Source: Bacteroidaceae bacterium (GTDB taxonomy: Bacteria > Bacteroidota > Bacteroidia > Bacteroidales > Bacteroidaceae). Taken from it: a stretch of DNA of 64,000 bases. The translations under genes and the position numbers were made by a program. The notes beneath the pieces are model-generated. The model was not told the origin of the DNA, ran no database searches, and was given only the letters and a program-made list of their open reading frames with translations. Shown here in pieces: positions 38,009-48,985 of the stretch (its first letter is position 1; each line of letters opens with the position of its first letter). Where the stretch lies: contig JAFZDY010000007.1 of the NCBI GenBank assembly GCA_017560945.1, forward strand, positions 4,307-68,306. Reading direction: 5' to 3'.

Positions 38009-40147
38009 TTAGAAGAACAGATAACGCTCGTCCTTGACGTTAGCGCCCATGTACAAGTCGTTCATCACACGAGTAGCCGCGCGAGCAGCAACAGCATTCA
38101 ACTTGCTCTCTTCTGTCTCAGCGTCGAAGCTACCAGCTTCGTTCTCTTCCTCTTCGATAACTTGTACTACGTACACGGCTGCGTTACCCTTGATGGGAGC
38201 GCTTACCTGATTCAACTCTGCGCTGGCAGCAAAAGCACCAAGTGCGGGCTCGCTACCACGAGTCAATGATACGTATGCAGGAGCAGCGAATGTAACGTGC
38301 TTCACTGTGTCAACAACTACGTTTGCGAAGGTCTTCACATCGTCGATGCTCTTGACATTCTTCAAGTCGGCCATCAACTTCTCTGCCTTCTTGTTGCGTA
38401 CAACCTCAGCTCTCAATTCGCTTTGAACCTTTTCGATAGGCATGTAACCAGCTTCGTTGATGCCTGTGAGGGCTACAACCAACAGGTGGTCGTTTTCGCC
38501 ACACTCGTAGAGGGGAGAAACTTCACCAACTTCTGCCTCGAATACCCACTTCAATGCGTCGCGAGTGCCAGAAATGTTGCTTACAGTGTGCTCGTTGCTT
38601 GCGAAACCCTTACGCTCGAGCAAACGGTAGCCGTTTTCCTCAGCATTAGCTTCGAGTTCAGCCAAAGTCTTGTTACCAGCAATGAACTGGCTGAAGTTGT
38701 TGTATGCCTTGTTGTATGTCTCCTTGCTGAAGTCAACGATGCGCTTCACTACGGCAACCTGATACTTGTCAGTCATAGCCTTGCGGTCAAGAACCTGGAG
38801 AACGAGGTTGATCTGACCGAGGTCGAGGTTCTTCAACTCGTTTTTAGACATTGTGTTCAAGGTGTTGATGAATGTAGCATTTTCAGCATCGATGGCAGCA
38901 CCTTCATACTGTACACCTGAGAGCCAAATGCTTTCACCTGTCTGACCATACTTCTGTGCCAACTCAGCGAAGTCTGCACCTGACTTGATAGCCTTGTAGA
39001 TGCTGTCGGCCAAAGTGTTGGTAGCCTCTTCGTCAGAAGCAATTACCTGAATCATGCGGTACTGTACAGAGTCGGGTTGGTTAACCTTAGCAATCACCTT
39101 GAAAGTGTTGTAAGAATCGTCGGTACGATTGTAGTATGTTTCAGAAACAACACCAATCTTGGCAGTATCGAGTCTGCTTTCAATGTCGCGAGGATATGAG
39201 CTGCTCTTCACAGGAACTTCAGAGTAGAGAACTGTAGAACCAGTGCTGCGGATGAAGGGTGCCAACTCAACCTCAGAAGAAGCCAACTGCTGAGCGTATT
39301 CAGCTACTTCGCTCTCCAACTGATCGCGGTCTTCCTGGCTTGCAGTTACCAATACGTCGATGTACTTGATGTCGCGAGTTTCCTCCAACTGCTTGTACAT
39401 CTCCTTCTTCTCGTTGTAGAGGCTCTTGATGTCACTCTTGCTAACGCTAACTGTAGAGTCTGCGATAGAGGTGTAGGGGATGGCTGCTACGAGCAAGTTC
39501 TTGCTGTTGCTTGCGCCGTTGTATGAATCCTCAGCAGCAACGGGGTTTGAAATCATAGAGTTGCCAACGATAGCCTGGTACTTCTCCAACAACAAGCTCT
39601 GACGGAGGGTTTTCTCGATGAAGTTCCAGTAGTTGTTCAATGAGATGTAGTACTCAGCATAGTCACGAGGCAATTGATTCAAATCCATTGATGCCATCTC
39701 GCTCAAGAACTTCTTCAACATATCTACGTCGAAAGCGCCAGTTTGAGCATTTTGGAAGGGAGTCTGTTGCAACAAAGGATGAGTTCCTGCTGTGAGGATA
39801 GCCTTCACTTCTGCATCAGTTACCTGCAAACCTACATTTGCAGCTTCCTTCTCGAGGATCTTAGTAGTGATCAAGTTGTTCCATACTTCATCCTTGATCT
39901 GAGTGAGCTCTGCTTCACTAACGGTGCTTGTCTGGCGAGTGAACTTGAACACTTCGGTATACTCGTCTACCAAGTTCTGATAATCCTGAATAGAAATCTT
40001 TTCGCCATAGATTTCACCAACGTCCTGTTTGCCTGTGTGAGGCTGCAATGCTTTCCATGCATCTCCTGCTACGAATGCAAAGAGTGCAAGACCAATGATA
40101 ACGACCAACAGGGGGCCTTTACTTCTAATCTTTTGTAATGTTGCCAT
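38009..40147 (-). CDS. ppiD: SurA N-terminal domain / PpiD-like chaperone-rotamase
   Basis: MATLQKIRSKGPLLVVIIGLALFAF, GADFAELAQKY parvulin-like segment, C-terminal VKDERYLFF. Confidence 0.85.
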   Translation of the reverse strand: MATLQKIRSKGPLLVVIIGLALFAFVAGDAWKALQPHTGKQDVGEIYGEKISIQDYQNLVDEYTEVFKFTRQTSTVSEAELTQIKDEVWNNLITTKILEKEAANVGLQVTDAEVKAILTAGTHPLLQQTPFQNAQTGAFDVDMLKKFLSEMASMDLNQLPRDYAEYYISLNNYWNFIEKTLRQSLLLEKYQAIVGNSMISNPVAAEDSYNGASNSKNLLVAAIPYTSIADSTVSVSKSDIKSLYNEKKEMYKQLEETRDIKYIDVLVTASQEDRDQLESEVAEYAQQLASSEVELAPFIRSTGSTVLYSEVPVKSSSYPRDIESRLDTAKIGVVSETYYNRTDDSYNTFKVIAKVNQPDSVQYRMIQVIASDEEATNTLADSIYKAIKSGADFAELAQKYGQTGESIWLSGVQYEGAAIDAENATFINTLNTMSKNELKNLDLGQINLVLQVLDRKAMTDKYQVAVVKRIVDFSKETYNKAYNNFSQFIAGNKTLAELEANAEENGYRLLERKGFASNEHTVSNISGTRDALKWVFEAEVGEVSPLYECGENDHLLVVALTGINEAGYMPIEKVQSELRAEVVRNKKAEKLMADLKNVKSIDDVKTFANVVVDTVKHVTFAAPAYVSLTRGSEPALGAFAASAELNQVSAPIKGNAAVYVVQVIEEEENEAGSFDAETEESKLNAVAARAATRVMNDLYMGANVKDERYLFF

Positions 40148-40263
40148 TTTGAATTTAATGTTTTATTGTTGTTATTTTTCTTATTTTCTTGCTTGATTCT
40201 ATAATTAGCGCACGAAGGTACAAAAAACCATCCATGTAACCTACTTTTTTTGAGAAAAAAACA

Positions 40264-41523
40264 CTATTCAGCCACTTTAAGGCGCACAAGTTCTATTTTT
40301 GTGGCCGACATTTTGATAATTTTGAACTGAAAACGGTCAATTTTGACCACTTCGTGTAATTTGGGAAAACTTTGGTAATAGTGCAGAATGAGTCCTCCCA
40401 AAGTGAGGTAATCGTCACTTTCGGGAAGTTCTAAATCAAACATTTCGTTGACCTTTTCAATTTCCAGTCGGGCGGTGAGGACATATTCGTCGTCGCTCAA
40501 TTTTTTGGCTATGTAGTTGGGGGTGTCGTGCTCGTCTTCGATCTCGCCAAGAATCTCTTCTACTAAATCTTCCAACGCTACGATGCCAGATGTGCCTCCG
40601 AACTCGTCCACAACGACGGCCAATGTCTTCTTCTGTTGTTTGAAGAGTTGCATCAATTTTCGGGCAGCCATAGTCTCTGGCACAAAGGGTATCTGGCTGA
40701 TGTGCTCCTTCCAACTCTCGGCATGGCGGAACATTTCGGACGAATGGATGTAGCCGATGATGTTGTCGATACTCTCCTTGTACACAATGATTTTGGAGAT
40801 TCCCGATTCGATAAAGTGGGATTGCAGCTGTTCCAATGTCGCGTCGATGTCGACCGCGATGATTTCGGTACGAGGAACTATACAGTCGCGTATCTTGATG
40901 TTGGAAAAATCGAGGGCATTCTGGAAGATTTTTACCTCGGTCTCGATGTCCTCTTCGTTTTTGCTTTCGATGCTTGACTGGATAAAATAGTCGAGGTCTA
41001 CCTTTGTGAAGGCTATGTCGGAGGCGTCTCTGTTCACACGTACTCCCACGATGCGCAAAATGCCATTGGACAACAACGAGGCAAATTTGGAGATGGGAAA
41101 CAGTACGATGTAGCAGATGAACGCGGGTAATGCAAAGAGTTGAAGGGTCTTGTTGGGATTGATCTTGAACAAGGTCTTTGGCATGAATTCACCTGTCAGC
41201 AATACGATGAGGGTGGAGATGAGTGTCTGGCTAAGCACCAAGAGGAACTCATTCTCGATGATGTCCTTCAATAGATTTTGTTCGATAAGTTCGGCCATCA
41301 ATATACCATAGATGACGAGGGCGATGTTGTTGCCGACTAACTGGGTGGAGATAAAGTCGTTGGGGCGTCGATAGAATATGGAAAGGATTTTTGATGTGAT
41401 ATTACTATTTACCTTCTCCAACTCAAACCGCAGTTTGTTGGACGAGACAAATGCAATTTCCATACCTGAGAAAAATGCAGAAAATGCTAATGTGATGATG
41501 ATTTGTATAATTATACCTCCCAT
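40264..41523 (-). CDS. Hemolysin-family / CNNM (DUF21-CBS-CorC) membrane protein (start moved to MGGIII)
   Basis: SAFFSGMEIAFVS, LVGNNIALV, GEFMPK, VVDEFGGTSGIVALEDLVEEILGEIEDEHD. Confidence 0.92.
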   Translation of the reverse strand: MGGIIIQIIITLAFSAFFSGMEIAFVSSNKLRFELEKVNSNITSKILSIFYRRPNDFISTQLVGNNIALVIYGILMAELIEQNLLKDIIENEFLLVLSQTLISTLIVLLTGEFMPKTLFKINPNKTLQLFALPAFICYIVLFPISKFASLLSNGILRIVGVRVNRDASDIAFTKVDLDYFIQSSIESKNEEDIETEVKIFQNALDFSNIKIRDCIVPRTEIIAVDIDATLEQLQSHFIESGISKIIVYKESIDNIIGYIHSSEMFRHAESWKEHISQIPFVPETMAARKLMQLFKQQKKTLAVVVDEFGGTSGIVALEDLVEEILGEIEDEHDTPNYIAKKLSDDEYVLTARLEIEKVNEMFDLELPESDDYLTLGGLILHYYQSFPKLHEVVKIDRFQFKIIKMSATKIELVRLKVAE

Positions 41524-41533
41524 GTCAAAGAAC

Positions 41534-42163
41534 TTAAATAGAGTCATTCCTTAGTGTGTCGCTTGCAGACTCAGGAGTATCCTCATCGAAGTAAAAAATA
41601 CCCTCTGTATTGTGTATGACGTAGTCGGTCAATTGTTGGTTAGATTCGAATCCATGCCCAATGATGACCTTGTCTGCCTGTTCGATACGTATCTTCTTCT
41701 CGGAATAAACTTCTTGTTTATATTCGTCCCAAAAGAGTAATTCAGTGTCGAATTTTTCTTGTTTGTGGTTTTCTATGTGTACGTTACTGCGTAACTCCCA
41801 TAGTTTTTTCTTGTCGTAATAGTATGCCGTATCGGCCTGAATGGTGGCTTCTGCTATAAAGTCTGCATTGAATTGTTCGAGATAGATGCCTTTCTCGAAT
41901 GACCAAAACGATGGATCTAATTGGTCATATACATTCCACTCTTCAGCAATGATTTTATAACGAATGACACCTGAGTCGGAGATGTAGCTCTCTACTCCGA
42001 TTGTCTGCATAATGGGCAATGAATCGCGATTGGTTGCAGGAACTTTTCTCTCGCTGCTTTGCTCGCTACAAGCGGGAAATAAAAGAAACATAACAGCGAC
42101 CCAAGTGGCCACTGTTATGTTTAAGCATGCTTTAAATAGAATTGTCCGTTGTCGGATTTCCAT
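41534..42163 (-). CDS. lptC: LPS export periplasmic protein LptC
   Basis: ISDSGVIRYKI, FEKGIYLEQF, IQADTAYY, TELLFWD, GHGFESNQQL; conserved Bacteroidota gene order. Confidence 0.85.
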   Translation of the reverse strand: MEIRQRTILFKACLNITVATWVAVMFLLFPACSEQSSERKVPATNRDSLPIMQTIGVESYISDSGVIRYKIIAEEWNVYDQLDPSFWSFEKGIYLEQFNADFIAEATIQADTAYYYDKKKLWELRSNVHIENHKQEKFDTELLFWDEYKQEVYSEKKIRIEQADKVIIGHGFESNQQLTDYVIHNTEGIFYFDEDTPESASDTLRNDSI

Positions 42164-42178
42164 AAACGGTTCAATTAG

Positions 42179-43570
42179 TTATCTGATAGTTGTTGTCTCG
42201 CCAATCCAACCGCCAATGGTTACATTGTCACCCTTCTTCAAACCAAGGAAGAACAAGTCTTCGGGTTTCGGAGTGTAAGCTGAATAGGTGCTGATCAACT
42301 TGTTTGCCTCTTCTGCTACGCTGGGGTCTACTGACTTTGCACGTTGGAACTTGTCGATAGCAGCAAAGTAAGTACACTTGTTCATAGCAGCCTCGTCGTG
42401 CCACTTGATGTTTGATGCATACATCTGTCCGAGCAAGATGTAAGGAGCACCATAACTTCCGTTCAAAGAGATGGCTTTGTTAGCATAGGTCTTAGCCTTG
42501 CTCAACTGCTTCATGGTGAAAAGAATTTGAGCAGTAGTGTAGCTGTACTCAGCCTTCTTTGCATCGTCAGTTTCCAATTCGATAGCTTGCTCCATGAACT
42601 CGATGGCCTTTTCAGAATCACCTTTCTTATAGTAGCGGTTAGCGCAACCAGCTGCAGAGGCCGCAGTAGGCTCGATGTTGTGTGCATACTCAGAAGCTGC
42701 CATGTAAGCCTCCTGGTCTTTACAACCAATCTTAGCCATTACGTTGATGACCTGCTTCAAGTACTCCAAGTTATCCTTGTTTGCTTCCACCTGAGGTGCA
42801 TAGATGGCTTGCAGGCTCTCGCAACTTGCGGCTCCACTGTTGATGAAGTATCCGTCGATGTTGGTCTTAACCTTGTCCCACATGTCGGCCATCTTTTCAT
42901 AAGTAGCAGCATTTTCTCCACCCTTTGCCATGTTTTCTCTTGCATTCTTGAGATTAGTGGCAGCCAATTCAGAGGTCAACAAGTAGTCCTGAATAATGCG
43001 CTCTCTGTGAGACTCGTTCTTCTTGGCAATGTTTGATGAAATCTGCATCAAGTCAAGCATTACCTGATGTCCTGCCTTAGAAGGCTCCATATTCAATACA
43101 TCGAGCAACATAGTGTGAGCCTTTTTAGCATCGAGGGGCTTAGTGTGGACGATGTAGTCATGAGCTCTGCTTTCCATAATGCTGAGTCTGGTCAAAGGGC
43201 GCTTACGGAATGCGTTAACTGCTTCCAAGTGTTCGATGTGTCTGTCATAGGTCTTCATCAATTCTTCCACCAACTCGTCTCTTTTAGCGGGGTCGGTCTC
43301 TTCCTTGATGAGCGCACGCAAGATGTCAGCACCTACAGAATACATATCAATACGTGCAGCAGGGTGTTTGTAGAAAACTGCCTTCCAAGGACCATATGCT
43401 TCCCTGAAATTCTTAGTCTTGACGTGATCTTGATACAAACTGATGTTTTGAAGACACTGAATACTGTCTTCTCCATGACCAAATCTGTCTGCTTCTGCGA
43501 TAATCTGCGCAAAAGTACTTGTTGCACCGATTGTCAATGCAAACAAGAGGGATGTCATTTTTCTCTTCAT
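42179..43570 (-). CDS. Periplasmic TPR protein
   Basis: Signal peptide, FGHGEDSIQCLQNISLY, TPR helices, C-terminal VTIGGWIGETTTIR. Confidence 0.85.
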   Translation of the reverse strand: MKRKMTSLLFALTIGATSTFAQIIAEADRFGHGEDSIQCLQNISLYQDHVKTKNFREAYGPWKAVFYKHPAARIDMYSVGADILRALIKEETDPAKRDELVEELMKTYDRHIEHLEAVNAFRKRPLTRLSIMESRAHDYIVHTKPLDAKKAHTMLLDVLNMEPSKAGHQVMLDLMQISSNIAKKNESHRERIIQDYLLTSELAATNLKNARENMAKGGENAATYEKMADMWDKVKTNIDGYFINSGAASCESLQAIYAPQVEANKDNLEYLKQVINVMAKIGCKDQEAYMAASEYAHNIEPTAASAAGCANRYYKKGDSEKAIEFMEQAIELETDDAKKAEYSYTTAQILFTMKQLSKAKTYANKAISLNGSYGAPYILLGQMYASNIKWHDEAAMNKCTYFAAIDKFQRAKSVDPSVAEEANKLISTYSAYTPKPEDLFFLGLKKGDNVTIGGWIGETTTIR

Positions 43571-43604
43571 TTTATAGTATTTATTGTTTTTAATGTGATG
43601 TTTG

Positions 43605-44897
43605 TTATCTCACTTTTTGCTTTATAAACCAACGCTCGTTGAATGTTAATCCTAAACTAAGACGCAGGTAATTTTCTGTAAGTACTCCCTTGATTTTTGG
43701 ATCGATTTTAACCCATTCTCCACTGATGCTGATAATGGAGCGCTGTGTCATCCAACTCCAAGTGCTGATGGGGAAGGCAATACCTGCACCTATACCATAC
43801 TCATGTGCGGCCTCCTGACCATTGATTTTTACATAGGGTTGTGAATAATATATTCCCGCACGGTACTTCATCTGTTTGAAGAAGCTGTTAGACATAGGGT
43901 CGGGATAATATTGAACTCCTAATGAATATTTCAAACGGTCGGCCAATTCTCCTTCTCTACCAAAGAAGCGAGTGTCGCCAAACTTTTGCAGCAATACGTC
44001 TGCACCTACGATGAGGCGTTCGTCGTATTCATATGTGGCTCCCACTCCGAAAGAATGGGGCAATTGGAATGCATTGTTGATGGTGGTTACACTATCTGCA
44101 ATGACTGTGCTTCCATTTAACTTCTGCTCGGAGATGTAGGAGTTGATTGCATGTAGATCTTTGCCCAAAGAATAGGTGGCTCCTAGGGTCAACAACCCCT
44201 TTTTGTTTGTCTTCAGCGAGTATTGGGCGCCGAAGTCCAACTTTATATCACTTATCTCTGCAAAATAGATGCGAGCCAAGGGATAACTGTTCGCATCGCT
44301 AAAACTTGCCGAAACCTTGTGTGTAAAATTGCCGAACAGGTATGATGCGTTAGTTCCAACAGAGAATCCACGAAACAATTCGTAACCTACACCAATGAAG
44401 GCTTGATGCAAACCTCCTGTACCACTATATGTACGATTTACGGTCACTGGATCATCCCATGGTGTAATGGGGTCTAAATCTTCCGTAGAACTGAAACTAT
44501 ATCCAACATTAGAGTAGGGGAGGAATCCCAATGTCATACCCATGCCCTTGAACAAGCGGAACTGCATTGCCAGATAGTCAAAACTTGAGTTCTTGGCGTT
44601 CAGTTTTGTTCTGCCATCGCTGAAATTGGCGTTCTGCAAGGTGAATCCAACATCAAACAAGAAGGAGAGTGAATCAACCGCTGAATATGAAGCAGGGTTG
44701 ATGGCATTTATTTGGAGTCCTGAGCGCAATCCGATACCCACTCCTCCCATAGCTTTGTTTCCTCCAAAGTTCTGGTCAGACAATTGTCCGAATCCATAAC
44801 GGGTAAGCGGAGAGTTCGCACCATTTTGTCCCCAACAATAGGGAAGTGCGAGAAATGTGAAAAGTATCGCAATAAGCGTTTTACGAAAGTGTATCAT
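43605..44897 (-). CDS. Outer-membrane beta-barrel protein (FadL-like)
   Basis: NSPLTRYGFG, AMGGVG, NPASYS, LPYSNVGYSF, C-terminal LGLTFNERWF. Confidence 0.8.
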   Translation of the reverse strand: MIHFRKTLIAILFTFLALPYCWGQNGANSPLTRYGFGQLSDQNFGGNKAMGGVGIGLRSGLQINAINPASYSAVDSLSFLFDVGFTLQNANFSDGRTKLNAKNSSFDYLAMQFRLFKGMGMTLGFLPYSNVGYSFSSTEDLDPITPWDDPVTVNRTYSGTGGLHQAFIGVGYELFRGFSVGTNASYLFGNFTHKVSASFSDANSYPLARIYFAEISDIKLDFGAQYSLKTNKKGLLTLGATYSLGKDLHAINSYISEQKLNGSTVIADSVTTINNAFQLPHSFGVGATYEYDERLIVGADVLLQKFGDTRFFGREGELADRLKYSLGVQYYPDPMSNSFFKQMKYRAGIYYSQPYVKINGQEAAHEYGIGAGIAFPISTWSWMTQRSIISISGEWVKIDPKIKGVLTENYLRLSLGLTFNERWFIKQKVR

Positions 44898-45612
44898 TAT
44901 AATTCAATATTCTATTCAAACCTTTTAATACAAGATATTTGTCAACGAGGATGGTGCTCTTTTTGTTCGTTTCGAAGAACTCTCCGTCTCCTCCTGTCAA
45001 CACGACAAAGAGTGAAGGATGTCTTTCCTCCGTTTGTCGGATATATCCCTCAATCTCTCTGCTAACCCCATGAATTACTCCCGCGCGGATGGCCGTCTCG
45101 GTCGTATCTCCCCAGTACGGAATGTCTCCTTCTTGAGAAACCAACGGCAACTTGTCGGTGAATTCATGTAAAGCATTCAGCCTCATGTGGAGACCTGGTG
45201 AGATGTTTCCTCCCTTGTACTCCCCTTTGGCATCAATGAAATCATAAGTGATGCAAGTTCCTGCATCGATAACCAACAAATCCCGTCCGGGCATCAACTC
45301 ATTGGCTGCTACTACAGCAGCCAAACGATCTACGCCAAGCGTATGTGGTGTCTTGTATGAATTAGTAATCGGCACGGGGGTGCTGGAGTTGACGTGTAGC
45401 ATTCTAATGCCCAACTTCTCCAACTGTGAACAAATGTCATCCGTTAGCGTTACAACAGAGGCGATAGCTCCTTTTTGTAGAGGATATTTTTGTGTAATTT
45501 TATGCAATCCATCCAAAGAGTGGTTGTTCTCATAAAAGACTTCCACCAACTTTGTTTCGTCAAAAACGGCTATTTTTGCGGCTGTATTTCCTATATCGAT
45601 AACTAAATTCAC
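44881..45612 (-). CDS. coaX: Type III pantothenate kinase
   Basis: IDIGNT, YKTPHTLGVDR, VIDAGTCITYD, GGNISPG, LTGGD; GTG start. Confidence 0.95.
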   Translation of the reverse strand: MNLVIDIGNTAAKIAVFDETKLVEVFYENNHSLDGLHKITQKYPLQKGAIASVVTLTDDICSQLEKLGIRMLHVNSSTPVPITNSYKTPHTLGVDRLAAVVAANELMPGRDLLVIDAGTCITYDFIDAKGEYKGGNISPGLHMRLNALHEFTDKLPLVSQEGDIPYWGDTTETAIRAGVIHGVSREIEGYIRQTEERHPSLFVVLTGGDGEFFETNKKSTILVDKYLVLKGLNRILNYNDTLS

Positions 45613-45747
45613 CTAAGTCTCTTTGATTTCGCCTGCAAAGTAAACTAAAATTTGCCATAAATCAGTAAAGTTTATGGATGAAATCACAAAATTTAAACTT
45701 TTTCCGCTATTTAATTTAGGGATTTAACGAACGTATGCAACTTTTGC

Positions 45748-47736
45748 TTACTCATACAACCTATAAGTGGTGCGTAGCACCTTGAATTCTGTTCGTCGGT
45801 TTAGGGCGTTGCAAATCTCTTGTTGCTCTTCGTTGAGGGTGAGGATGAACTGTTCGCTCAAGACATCTCCTTCTTTCAAGAAACCGAGTTGGGCGGCAAG
45901 TTTTTTACGTAGTACTCTTGGGGTAGATTCTCCATATCCTTTGGCAACCAAACGGTTGGCGGCGATGCCTCCCTTTATCAGATAGTTTACCACCGATTCG
46001 GCTCGTTGTTGTGAGAGGCGTTCGTTGTATGCTTCGCTTCCCTTGTAGTCACAATGTGCTCCTAACTCAATGGTTACGTTGGGGTTGTCATTCAGTAAGA
46101 CGATGAGTGAGTCGAGCGAGGCGGTGGATGCGTCCGTCAATGTGGCCTTGTTGAATTCATAGAAAATGTTTTCCAACAACACAGGGTGTGTCATGGATGA
46201 AAGGGGGAATTGAAGCACGTGATCGGTGGATTCCATCAAGGTGTCCATCTCTATCTCTTGCTTATAATTGAGAAAACCATCGCAAGAACCCAAGAGAACG
46301 TAACTGGTGCCTGCATTTACCAATTCAGTGAACGAGCCGTCCATCTTTACACTAACCTTCTTGTTGGTGCCGTCTTCGCCCACTATGTGTACCACCGCGT
46401 TGGGGAGTTCGTATCCCTCCTTTTCGTACACCCATCCTGTGATAGTTTTTACTATTTCGGGCAATTCAAAGGTGTAGATGTGGTCCCATCCGCGTGCGTC
46501 GCCTCGGCTCGAGGAGAAGAAACCTCGGTTGTAAGGGCCTTCGAATGTCATTCCGAAGTCATCGGCTTGTGAGTTCATGGGTGATTGCATATTTTCGATA
46601 CTCCATGTCTCTTTTTTGTCGTCCCATATGGCTTTGAAGAGGTCAAGTCCTCCCATACCAGGATGTCCGTTGGATGAAAAGTAGAGTTCGCCATTGGGAC
46701 GGAAGGTGGGAAACATTTCGTTACCAGGGGTATTGATGGGCTCTCCAACATTCTCTACCCACTCAAATCCTGCATCGCTAACGCGGACGCGCCAAATGTC
46801 GGTACCTCCAAATCCTCCAGGCATATCGGAGACAAAGTAAAGCCACTCTCCATCGGGTGATACGGCGGGATGTGCTACGGAGGAGAGAGTGTCGTTGGTA
46901 ATCTCGCACTTCTGAGGTGAACTCCACGAGGCATCCGAACGCGTTGACTTATAAATCTCGGCATAACGTGGGTAGTCGCTATCCATTTGGCAACGTGTGA
47001 AGTACATGGTTTTTCCGTCAGGTGTGAAGGCGCATGCACCATCTTCGTGCTCGCTATTTACCTCCGAATCAATAGGTTCTGGCTTTTGCCATTTCCCTTT
47101 TTCATCTTTGCGTGCCACGAAGATGTCGGGCATATTCATGCCTGTGATTCCGCTCAACTCCTCGCCTTTTACTCCATCGCGGGTGGATGTGAAGAATATT
47201 TGGTCAGTGTCTTCTCCTGCGTACATGGGTGAGTATTCGGCTCTTCGTGAGTTGAAAAAGTCGAATTTCTTCACAATGTAGCGATTGGGGTTCTTTTTCC
47301 ACAAGGTCGCATCTTCGCACGCTTTTAATCCGTTGAGTGCGGCTTCGTCACCTGGGTTCTGATCAAGGTAGAGTTGATAGTTCTTTGTGGCTCCCTTGTA
47401 GTCGCCACTCATGCGTTGCATATCGGCCAAGCGGAGCATGGCAATATCTTCGGGGTATTTGTATCGGACGGCATTCTTGTACGCACCGACAGCTCGTGAG
47501 GAGTAGTTGATGAGTCGGTAGCATTCGCCCATCTTGAAGGCTCGTTCGCCTCGCTTGTCGCGCTCCTTTGTGCTTGTTTTCGAGTAGGCTTGCTTGTAGT
47601 ACTTGGCCGCTTCGAAGTATTCGCCCAAGGCCTCTGCTTGTTCGGCCTTGCGCAATGCCTTCTCCGCACCGCATGAGCATAGGCATACGGCGACAAGTGT
47701 GCATAGTATAATATGTAATAAACCCGCTTTATTCAT
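45748..47736 (-). CDS. porE: PorE-like lipoprotein (TPR, PD40, OmpA C-terminal), type IX secretion associated
   Basis: LCSC lipobox, TPRs, FTPDGKTMYFT/HPAVSPDGEWLYFVSDMPGG PD40 repeats, LENIFYEFNKA..YNERLSQQRA..NRRTEF. Confidence 0.8.
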   Translation of the reverse strand: MNKAGLLHIILCTLVAVCLCSCGAEKALRKAEQAEALGEYFEAAKYYKQAYSKTSTKERDKRGERAFKMGECYRLINYSSRAVGAYKNAVRYKYPEDIAMLRLADMQRMSGDYKGATKNYQLYLDQNPGDEAALNGLKACEDATLWKKNPNRYIVKKFDFFNSRRAEYSPMYAGEDTDQIFFTSTRDGVKGEELSGITGMNMPDIFVARKDEKGKWQKPEPIDSEVNSEHEDGACAFTPDGKTMYFTRCQMDSDYPRYAEIYKSTRSDASWSSPQKCEITNDTLSSVAHPAVSPDGEWLYFVSDMPGGFGGTDIWRVRVSDAGFEWVENVGEPINTPGNEMFPTFRPNGELYFSSNGHPGMGGLDLFKAIWDDKKETWSIENMQSPMNSQADDFGMTFEGPYNRGFFSSSRGDARGWDHIYTFELPEIVKTITGWVYEKEGYELPNAVVHIVGEDGTNKKVSVKMDGSFTELVNAGTSYVLLGSCDGFLNYKQEIEMDTLMESTDHVLQFPLSSMTHPVLLENIFYEFNKATLTDASTASLDSLIVLLNDNPNVTIELGAHCDYKGSEAYNERLSQQRAESVVNYLIKGGIAANRLVAKGYGESTPRVLRKKLAAQLGFLKEGDVLSEQFILTLNEEQQEICNALNRRTEFKVLRTTYRLYE

Positions 47737-47791
47737 AATGTTACCTTTTAATAACTGAAAAAAGCGGGTTTTATTGTTCCTATAAGATTTT

Positions 47792-48544
47792 TTATTCGCT
47801 TACGATTGTAAGATTGTCAGATGTAAAGTTTTCTACCTTTTCATCTGCTTCGCCAGACAATGTGCGATAAACAATGATGGTGACGAAGTAGGTGATGATA
47901 CTTGTTACTACCACTCCTACACAACAACAGAGGAGTCCAAGGATGTTCAGCAGAATGAGTACAATGCCCAATAGGAACAGTTTCCAGAAATGTCCCTTCG
48001 TCATATTCCATGATTGGGCGAAGCAGTCACCGAATGAACGTTCGGGGTGCAAGGCGGCAATTATTGAAGCAAACCACAAGCGTACACCCAAGAAAATACC
48101 AGGAATAATGCATGCTAAGGTGCCTATAAAGATGCTGATGGAAAGAGCAAAGGATGTTAGCAGGTAGAAGATAAATCCCTGAATACCACCTTTTAGTCGG
48201 TCGGTCAAGTTGACATCTGCCCCTTTTACAGCATCATTGGCCAAACGGTAAAGGACGAGTACGAAGTATGATTGAATGATGCTACAGATGATGGTGGCTA
48301 TAGAAGTCTTGATTTGTGCTACGGGGCCTGCTGTAGCCATCAGCATCTCTTCTGTCATGGTGCCTCCGTTTTCCATGAGGAGTTTTACGTAATCGGCATA
48401 TTGGCTACCACTGGGGATAGAACCGATTAAAAATATCAAAATTGTCAACGCAAGAAAAACGAGGAAATGCTTCTTGGTCAATACCCATGCTTGTGAAAAT
48501 GTTTGGTCAATGCTGAATTGACGAATGTTGTTTGTTGCTTCCAT
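47792..48544 (-). CDS. Multi-pass membrane protein (DUF975/YciC-like; start moved to MEATNNIR)
   Basis: Several TM helices, CIIPGIFLGVRL, SWNMTKGHFWKLF; TAACTTTG box at 48580-48587. Confidence 0.75.
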   Translation of the reverse strand: MEATNNIRQFSIDQTFSQAWVLTKKHFLVFLALTILIFLIGSIPSGSQYADYVKLLMENGGTMTEEMLMATAGPVAQIKTSIATIICSIIQSYFVLVLYRLANDAVKGADVNLTDRLKGGIQGFIFYLLTSFALSISIFIGTLACIIPGIFLGVRLWFASIIAALHPERSFGDCFAQSWNMTKGHFWKLFLLGIVLILLNILGLLCCCVGVVVTSIITYFVTIIVYRTLSGEADEKVENFTSDNLTIVSE

Positions 48545-48584
48545 GATGTTTGTCCATTTAGTTGTTAATTTATTGGGCACAAAG

Positions 48585-48956
48585 TTATGTAAATTTTTCA
48601 ATATTACGCAAGATTCCCCATAAAAAACAAATAATAAGGTAAAAAAGCAGGGCTTTATCGGAAAATAATATCCTTCCTGTGGCTCGCGGATGTTTTTGGG
48701 CAATATAGGGAAATAGTAAACGGAAAGCTCCAAGCATTAATAGAGGTAATGCACACATCAATAAAGAGTTGTATTTGAACGCCAACACGATGTCTCCATG
48801 CAATAAGGCCTGTATCATCCGTTGTCCACCACAAAAGGGACATTGCCACCCTGTCCATTGATAGAGGGGGCAGGGAAGCATCCATCGTTCATCGGGCAAA
48901 AGCGCCCATAGAAGAAGTGAGCCGATACCTACAATGTAAAACAACCTTATCTTCAT
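48585..48956 (-). CDS. DUF2752-family membrane protein
   Basis: PCPLYQWTGWQCPFCGGQR..LLHGDI..AFKYN, WGILRNI. Confidence 0.9.
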   Translation of the reverse strand: MKIRLFYIVGIGSLLLWALLPDERWMLPCPLYQWTGWQCPFCGGQRMIQALLHGDIVLAFKYNSLLMCALPLLMLGAFRLLFPYIAQKHPRATGRILFSDKALLFYLIICFLWGILRNIEKFT

Positions 48957-48985
48957 CTCTCTCTATGATATATAGTTGAGACTTG

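Noticed and set aside
45748-47736. Type IX secretion gene cluster
   Set aside because: Only a PorE-like gene is present; no porK/L/M/N/P in the window
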